Of a stretch of 64,000 bases of DNA, positions 57,250 through 64,000 are shown piece by piece. Made by a program: the position numbers and the translations under genes. Origin of the DNA: the human T2T-CHM13v2.0 reference genome, Homo sapiens. Position 1 is the first letter of the stretch. Each line of letters starts with the position of its first letter. The stretch is from the NCBI RefSeq assembly GCF_009914755.1, contig NC_060925.1, one strand, 5' to 3'. Under the pieces are notes generated by a model. The model did not search any database, was not told the DNA's origin, and saw nothing but the letters and a program-made list of their open reading frames with translations.

Positions 57250-60200
57250 ATGGAATCGTCATCGAATGAATTGAATGCAATCATCGAATGGTCTCGAATG
57301 GAATCATCTTCTAATGGAAAGGAATGGAATCATCGCATAGAATCGAATGGAATTATCATCGAATGGAATCGAATGGTATCAACACCAAACGGAAAAAAAC
57401 GGAATTATCGAATGGAATCGAAGAGAATCTTCGAACGGACCCGAATGGAATCATCTAATGGAATGGAATGGAATAATCCATGGACTCGAATGCAATCATC
57501 ATCGAATGGAATGGAATGGAATCATCGAATGGACTCGAATGGAATAATCATTGAACGGAATCGAATGGAATCATCATCGGATGGAAACGAATGGAATCAT
57601 CATCGAATGGAAATGAAAGGAGTCATCATCTAATGGAATTGCATGGAATCATCATAAAATGGAATCGAATGGAATCAACATCAAATGGAATCAAATGGAA
57701 TCATTGAACGGAATTGAATGGAATCGTCATCGAATGAATTGACTGCAATCATCGAATGGTCTCGAATGGAATCATCTTCAAATGGAATGGAATGGAATCA
57801 TCGCATAGAATCGAATGGAATTATCATCGAATGGAATTGAATGGAATCAACATCAAACGGAAAAAAACGGAATTATCGAATGGAATCGAAGAGAATCATC
57901 GAATGGACCCGAATGGAATCATCTAATGGAATGGAATGGAATAATCCATGGACTCGAATGCAATCATCATCGAATGGAATCGAATGGAATCATCGAATGG
58001 ACTCGAATGGAATAATCATTGAACGGAATCGAATGGAATCATCATCGGATGGAAATGAATGGAATCATCATCGAATGGAATCGAATAGAATTATGGAATG
58101 AAATCCAGTGTGATCATCATCGAATGGACCCGAATGGAATCATCATCCAACGGAAGCTAATGGAATCAACATCGAATGAATCGAATGGAAACACCATCGA
58201 ATTGAAACGAATGGAATTATCATGAAATTGAAATGGATGGACTCATCATCAAATGGATTCGAATGGAATCATCGAATAAAATTGATTGAAATCATCATCC
58301 AATGGAATCGAATGGTATCATTGAATGGAATCGAATGGAATCATCATCAGATGGAAATGAATGGAATCGTCATAGAATGGAATCGAATGGATTCATTGAA
58401 TGGAATCAGATGGAATCATCGAATGGACTGGAATGGAATCATTGAATGGACTCGAAAGGGATCATTATTGAATGGAATTGAATGGAATCATCGAATGGTC
58501 TCGATTGGAATCATTATCAAATGGAATGGAATGGAATCACCGAATAGAATCGAATGGAACAATCATCGAATGGACTCAAATGGAATTATCCTCCAATGGA
58601 ATCGAATGGAATTATCGAATGCAATCGAATGGAATTATCGAATGCAATCGAATAGAATCATCGAATGGACTCGAATGGAATCATCGAATGGAATGGAATG
58701 GAACAGTCAATGAACTCGAATGGAATCATCATTGAATGGAATCGAATGGAATCATCGAGTGGAATCGAATGGAATTATGATCAAATGGAATCGAATGTAA
58801 TCCTCATCAAATGGAATCAAAAATAACCATCATCAATTGGTATTGAATGGAATTGTCATCAAATGGAATTCAAAGGAATCATCATCAAATGGAACCGAAT
58901 GGAATCCTCATTGAATGGAAATGAAAGGGGTCATCATCTAATGGAATCGCATGGAATCATCATCAAATGGAATCGAATGGAATCATCATCAAATGGAATC
59001 AAATGGAATCATTGAACAGAATTGAATGGAATCGTCATCGAATGAATTGAATGCAATCATCGAATGGTCTCGAATGGAATCATCTTCTAATGGAAAGGAA
59101 TGGAATCATCGCATAGAATCGAATGGAATTATCATCGAATGGAATCGAATGGTATCAACACCAAACGGAAAAAAACGGAATTATCGAATGGAATCGAAGA
59201 GAATCTTCGAACGGACCCGAATGGAATCATCTAATGGAATGGAATGGAATAATCCATGGACTCGAATGCAATCATCATCGAATGGAATGGAATGGAATCA
59301 TCGAATGGACTCGAATGGAATAATCATTGAACGGAATCGAATGGAATCATCATCGGATGGAAACGAATGGAATCATCATCGAATGGAAATGAAAGGAGTC
59401 ATCATCTAATGGAATTGCATGGAATCATCATAAAATGGAATCGAATGGAATCAACATCAAATGGAATCAAATGGAATCATTGAACGGAATTGAATGGAAT
59501 CGTCATCGAATGAATTGAATGCAATCATCGAATGGTCTCGAATGGAATCATCTTCAAATGGAATGGAATGGAATCATCGCATAGAATCGAATGGAATTAT
59601 CATCGAATGGAATCGAATGGAATCAACATCAAACGGAAAAAAACGGAATTATCGAATGGAATCGAAGAGAATCATCGAATGGACCCGAATGGAATCATCT
59701 AATGGAATGGAATGGAATAATCCATGGACTCGAATGGAATCATCATCGAATGGAATCGAATGGAATCATCGAATGGACTCGAATGGAATAATCATTGAAC
59801 GGAATCGAATGGAATCGTCATCGGATGGAAATGAATGGAATCATCATCGAATGGAATCGAATAGAATTATGGAATGAAATCCAGTGTGATCATCATCGAA
59901 TGGACCCGAATGGAATCATCATCCAACGGAAGCTAATGGAATCAACATCGAATGAATCGAATGGAAACACCATCGAATTGAAACGAATGGAATTACCATG
60001 AAATTGAAATGGATGGACTCATCATCGAATGGATTCGAATGGAATCATCGAATAAAATTGATTGAAATCATCATCGAATGGAATCGAATGGTATCATTGA
60101 ATGGAATCGAATGGAATCATCATCAGATGGAAATGAATGGAATCGTCATAGAATGGAATCGAACGGATTCATTGAATGGAATCAGATGGAATCATCGAAT

Positions 60201-60801
60201 GGACTGGAATGGAATCATTGAATGGACTCGAAAGGGATCATTATTGAATGGAATTGAATGGAATCATCGAATGGTTTCGATTGGAATCATTATCAAATGG
60301 AATCGAATGGAATCACCGAATAGAATCGAATGGAACAATCATCGAATGGATTCAAATGGAATTATCCTCAAATGGAATGGAATGGAATTATCGAATGCAA
60401 TCGAATGGAATTATCGAATGCAATCGAATAGAATCATCGAATGGACTCGAACGGAATCATCGAATGGAATGGAATGGAACAGTCAATGAACTCGAATGGA
60501 ATCATCATTGAATGGAATCGAATCGAATCATCGAGTGGAATCGAATGGAATTATGATCAAATGGAATCGAATGTAATCATCATCAAATGGAATCAAAAAT
60601 AAACATCATCAATTGGTATTGAATGGAATTCTCATCAAATGGAATTCAAAGGAATCATCATCAAATGGAACTGAATGGAATCCTCATTGAATGGAAATGA
60701 AAGGGGTCATCATCTAATGGAATCGCATGGAATCATCATCAAATGGAATCGAATGGAATCATCATCAAATGGAATCTGATGGAATCATTGAACAGAATTG
60801 A
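57250..60801 (+). repeat. Two 1776-bp units
   Basis: Marks at 57250, 59026 and 60802. The second has more private substitutions. Confidence 0.88.
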
Positions 60802-63800
60802 ATGGAATCGTCATCGAATGAATTGAATGCAATCATCGAATGGTCTCGAATGTAATCACATTCTAATGGAAAGGAATGGAATCATCGCATAGAATCGAAT
60901 GGAATTAACATTGAATGGACTCGAATGGAATCAACATCAAACGGAATCAAGCGGAATTATCGAATGGAATCGAAGAGAATCATCGAATGGTCTCGAATGG
61001 AATCATCTTCTAATGGAAAGGAATGGAATCATCGCATAGAATCGAATGGAATTAACATTGAATGGACTCGAATGGAATCAACATCAAATGGAATCAAGCG
61101 GAATTATCGAATGAAATCGAAGAGAATCATCGAATGGACTCGAATGGAATCATCTAATGGAATGGAATGGAATAATCCACGGACTCGAATGCAATCATCA
61201 TCGTATAGAATCGAATGGAATCATCGAAAGGACTCGAATGGAATAACCATTGAACGGAATCGAATGGAATCATCATCGGATGGAAACGAATGGAATCATC
61301 ATCGAATGGAAATGAAAGGAGTCATCATCTAATGGAATTGCATGGAATCATCATAAAATGGAATCGAATGGAATCATCATCAAATGGAATCAAATGGAAT
61401 CATTGAACGGAATTGAATGGAATCGTCATCGAATGAATTGAATGCAATCATCGAATGGTCTCGAATGGAATCATCTTCAAATGGAATGGAATGGAATCAT
61501 CGCATAGAATCGAATGGAATTATCATCGAATGGAATCGAATGGTATCAACATCAAACGGAAAAAAACGGAATTATCGAATGGAACCAAAGAGAATCTTCG
61601 AACGGACCCGAATGGAATCATCTAATGGAATGGAATGGAATAATCCATGGACTCGAATGCAATCATCATCGAATGGAATCGAATGGAATCATTGAAAGGA
61701 CTCGTATGGAATAATCATTGAACGGAATCGAATGGAATCATCATCGGATTGAAATGAATGGAATCATCATCGAATGGAATCGAATAGAATTATGGAATGA
61801 AATCCAGTGTGATCATCATCGAATGGACCCGAATGGAATCATCATCCAACGGAAGCTAATGGAATCAACATCGAATGAATCGAATGGAAACACCATCGAA
61901 TTGAAACGAATGGAATTATCATGAAATTGAAATGGATGGACTCATCATCGAATGGATTCCAATAGAATCATCGAATAAAATTGATTGAAATCATCATCGA
62001 ATGGAATCGAATGGTATCATTGAATGGAATCGAATGGAATCATCATCAGATGGAAATGAATGGAATCGTCATAGAATGGAATCGAATGGATTCATTGAAT
62101 GGAATCAGATGGAATCATCGAATGGACTGGAATGGAATCATTGAATGGACTCGAAAGGGATCATTATTGAATGGAATTGAATGGAATCATCGAATGGTCT
62201 CGATTGGAATCATTATCAAATGGAATCGAATGGAATCACCGAATAGAATCGAATGGAACAATCATCGAATGGACTCAAATGGAATTATCCTCAAATAGAA
62301 TCGAATGGAATTATCGAATGCAATCGAATGGAATTATCGAATGCAATCGAATAGAATCATCGAATGGACTCGAATGGAATCATCGAATGGAATGGAATGG
62401 AACAGTCAATAAACTCGAATGGAATCATCATTGAATGGAATCGAATGGAATCATCGAGTGGAATCGAATGGAATTATGATCAAATGGAATCGCATGGAAT
62501 CATCATCAAATGGAATCGAAAGGAATCATCATCAAATGGAATCTGATGGAATCATTGAACAGAATTGAATGGAATCGTCATCGAATGAATTGAATGCACT
62601 CATCGAATGGTCTCGAATGGAATCATCTTCAAATGGAAAGGAATGGAATCATCGCATAAAATCGAATGGAATTAACATTGAATGGACTCGAATGGAATCA
62701 ACATCAAACGGAATCAAGCCGAATTATCGAATGGAATCGAAGAGAATCATAGAATGGACTCGAATGGAATCATCTAATGGAATGGAATGGAATAATCCAC
62801 GGACCCGAATGCAATCATCATCGAATGGAATCGAATGGAATCATCGAATGGACTCGAATGGAATAAACATTGAACGGAATCGAATGGAATCATCATCGGA
62901 TGGAAACGAATGGAATCATCATCGAATGGAAATGAAAGGAATCATCATCTAATGGAATTGCATGGAATCATCATCAAATGGAATCGAATGGAATCAACAT
63001 CAAATGGAATCAAATGGAATCATTGAACGGAATTGAATGGAATCGTCATCGAATGAATTGAATGCAATCATCGAATGGTCTCGAATGGAATCATCTTCAA
63101 ATGGAATGGAAAGCAATCATCGCATAGAATCGAATGGAATTATCATCGAATGGAATCGAATCGTATCAACATCAAACGGAAAAAAACGGAATTATCGAAT
63201 GGAATCGAAGAGAATCTTCGAACGGACCCGAATGGAATCATCTAATGGAATGGAATGGAACAATCCATGGACTGGTAGGCAAACATCATTGAACGGAATC
63301 GAATGGAATCATCTTCGGATGGACATGACTGGAATCATCATCGAATGGAAATGAAAGGAGTCATCATCTAATGGAATTGCATGGAATCATCATAAAATGG
63401 AATCAAATGGAATCAACATCAAATGGAATCAAATGGAATCATTGAACGGAATTGAATGGAATCGTCATCGAATGAATTGAATGCAATCATCGAATGGTCT
63501 CGAATGGAATCATCTTCAAATGGAATGGAATGGAATCATCGCATAAAATCGAATGGAATTATCATCGAATGGAATCGAATGGAATCAACATCAAACGGAA
63601 AAAAACGGAATTATCGAATGGAATCGAATAGAATCATCGAATGGACCCGAATGGAATCATCTAATGGAATGGAATGGAATAATCCATGGACTCGAATGCA
63701 ATCATCATCGAATGGAATCGAATGGAATCATCCAATGGACTCGAATGGAATAATAATTGAACGGAATCGAATGGAATCATCATCGGATGGAAATGAATGG

Positions 63801-64000
63801 AATCATCATCGAATGGAATCGAATAGAATTATGGAATGAAATCCAGTGTGATCATCATCGAATGGACCCGAATTGAATCATCATCCAACGGATGCTAATG
63901 GAATCAACATCGAATGAATCAAATGGAAACACCATCGAATTGAAACGAATGGAATTACAATGAAATTGAAATGGATGGACTCATCATCGAATGGATTCGA
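60802..64000 (+). repeat. Diverged, rearranged HSat2 units (spacings 615, 1152, 468, 419 bp)
   Basis: Marks at 60802, 61417, 62569, 63037 and 63456. Distinct alleles include aacattgaatggactc, ggaatcaagcgg, atctgatgg and atccacgg. Confidence 0.88.

Larger units (their letters stand above)
1..64000 (+). repeat. Human satellite II (HSat2/HSATII) pericentromeric tandem array, GGAAT strand on +; probably subfamily HSat2A2 of chr1q12 (D1Z1)
   Basis: Continuous diverged GGAAT pentamers forming 23/26-bp monomers ((atc)atcgaatggaatcgaatggaatc) with abundant TCGA. The reverse complement is CATTCGATTC-rich, which is diagnostic of HSat2 rather than HSat3. The dominant period is 1776 bp with one EcoRI site, as in the 1.77-kb chr1 repeat. 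The chromosome and subfamily call is from memory and less certain than the family call. Confidence 0.97.

Noticed and set aside
22-63839. Hundreds of 60-163 aa ORFs, all on + (MEWNGIIEW/MESSSNGIEWNH-like)
   Set aside because: They are translations of the satellite. ATG is part of gaatgg, the ORFs overlap in several frames, recur with the DNA period and are broken freely by stop-creating SNPs. They show no recognisable domain or gene context, and the strand bias follows from repeat composition.
1-64000. CRISPR-like array of 23-26 bp repeats
   Set aside because: The monomers abut with no unique spacers, and there are no cas genes or leader.
1-64000. HSat3, alpha satellite or telomeric repeat
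   Set aside because: Pure (GGAAT)n runs are only about three copies long and CATTCGATTC-type monomers dominate. There is no 171-bp period or TTAGGG run.
1-64000. Inversion or embedded transposon (L1/Alu/LTR) or other unique insertion
   Set aside because: I saw no CATTC-strand segment or non-satellite stretch, and all register spacings are explained by monomer-level indels.
1-64000. A previously undescribed biological system
   Set aside because: Everything visible is explained by a known satellite family and its recombinational turnover. Any novelty is limited to the specific structural variants listed.

Overview
The whole 64 kb window is one uninterrupted, single-orientation array of human satellite II (HSat2/HSATII), with the GGAAT-rich strand on +. 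It is built from 23- and 26-bp monomers, (atc)atc-gaatggaatc-gaatggaatc, grouped into a 1776-bp higher-order unit with one EcoRI site. This matches the 1.77-kb chromosome 1q12 HSat2A2/D1Z1 repeat (assigned from recalled knowledge, not a search). A once-per-unit marker (ccagtgtgatc) occurs about 37 times by my manual count. I found no genes, RNA genes, transposons or CRISPR arrays; every ORF in the track is a translation of the repeat, and I see no support for a new biological system. The interest lies in array architecture. The unit is a 1308-bp core plus a duplicated 468-bp module, and module number varies (1308, 1776, about 2195-2244 bp). There are also monomer-sized indels, a length-neutral 26-bp swap, 2616/3552/7104-bp super-periods, haplotypes shared 15-44 kb apart, a clustered 5-substitution haplotype and a more diverged 3' end. 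Unit coordinates use the recurring MESSSNEL ORF starts as register marks.
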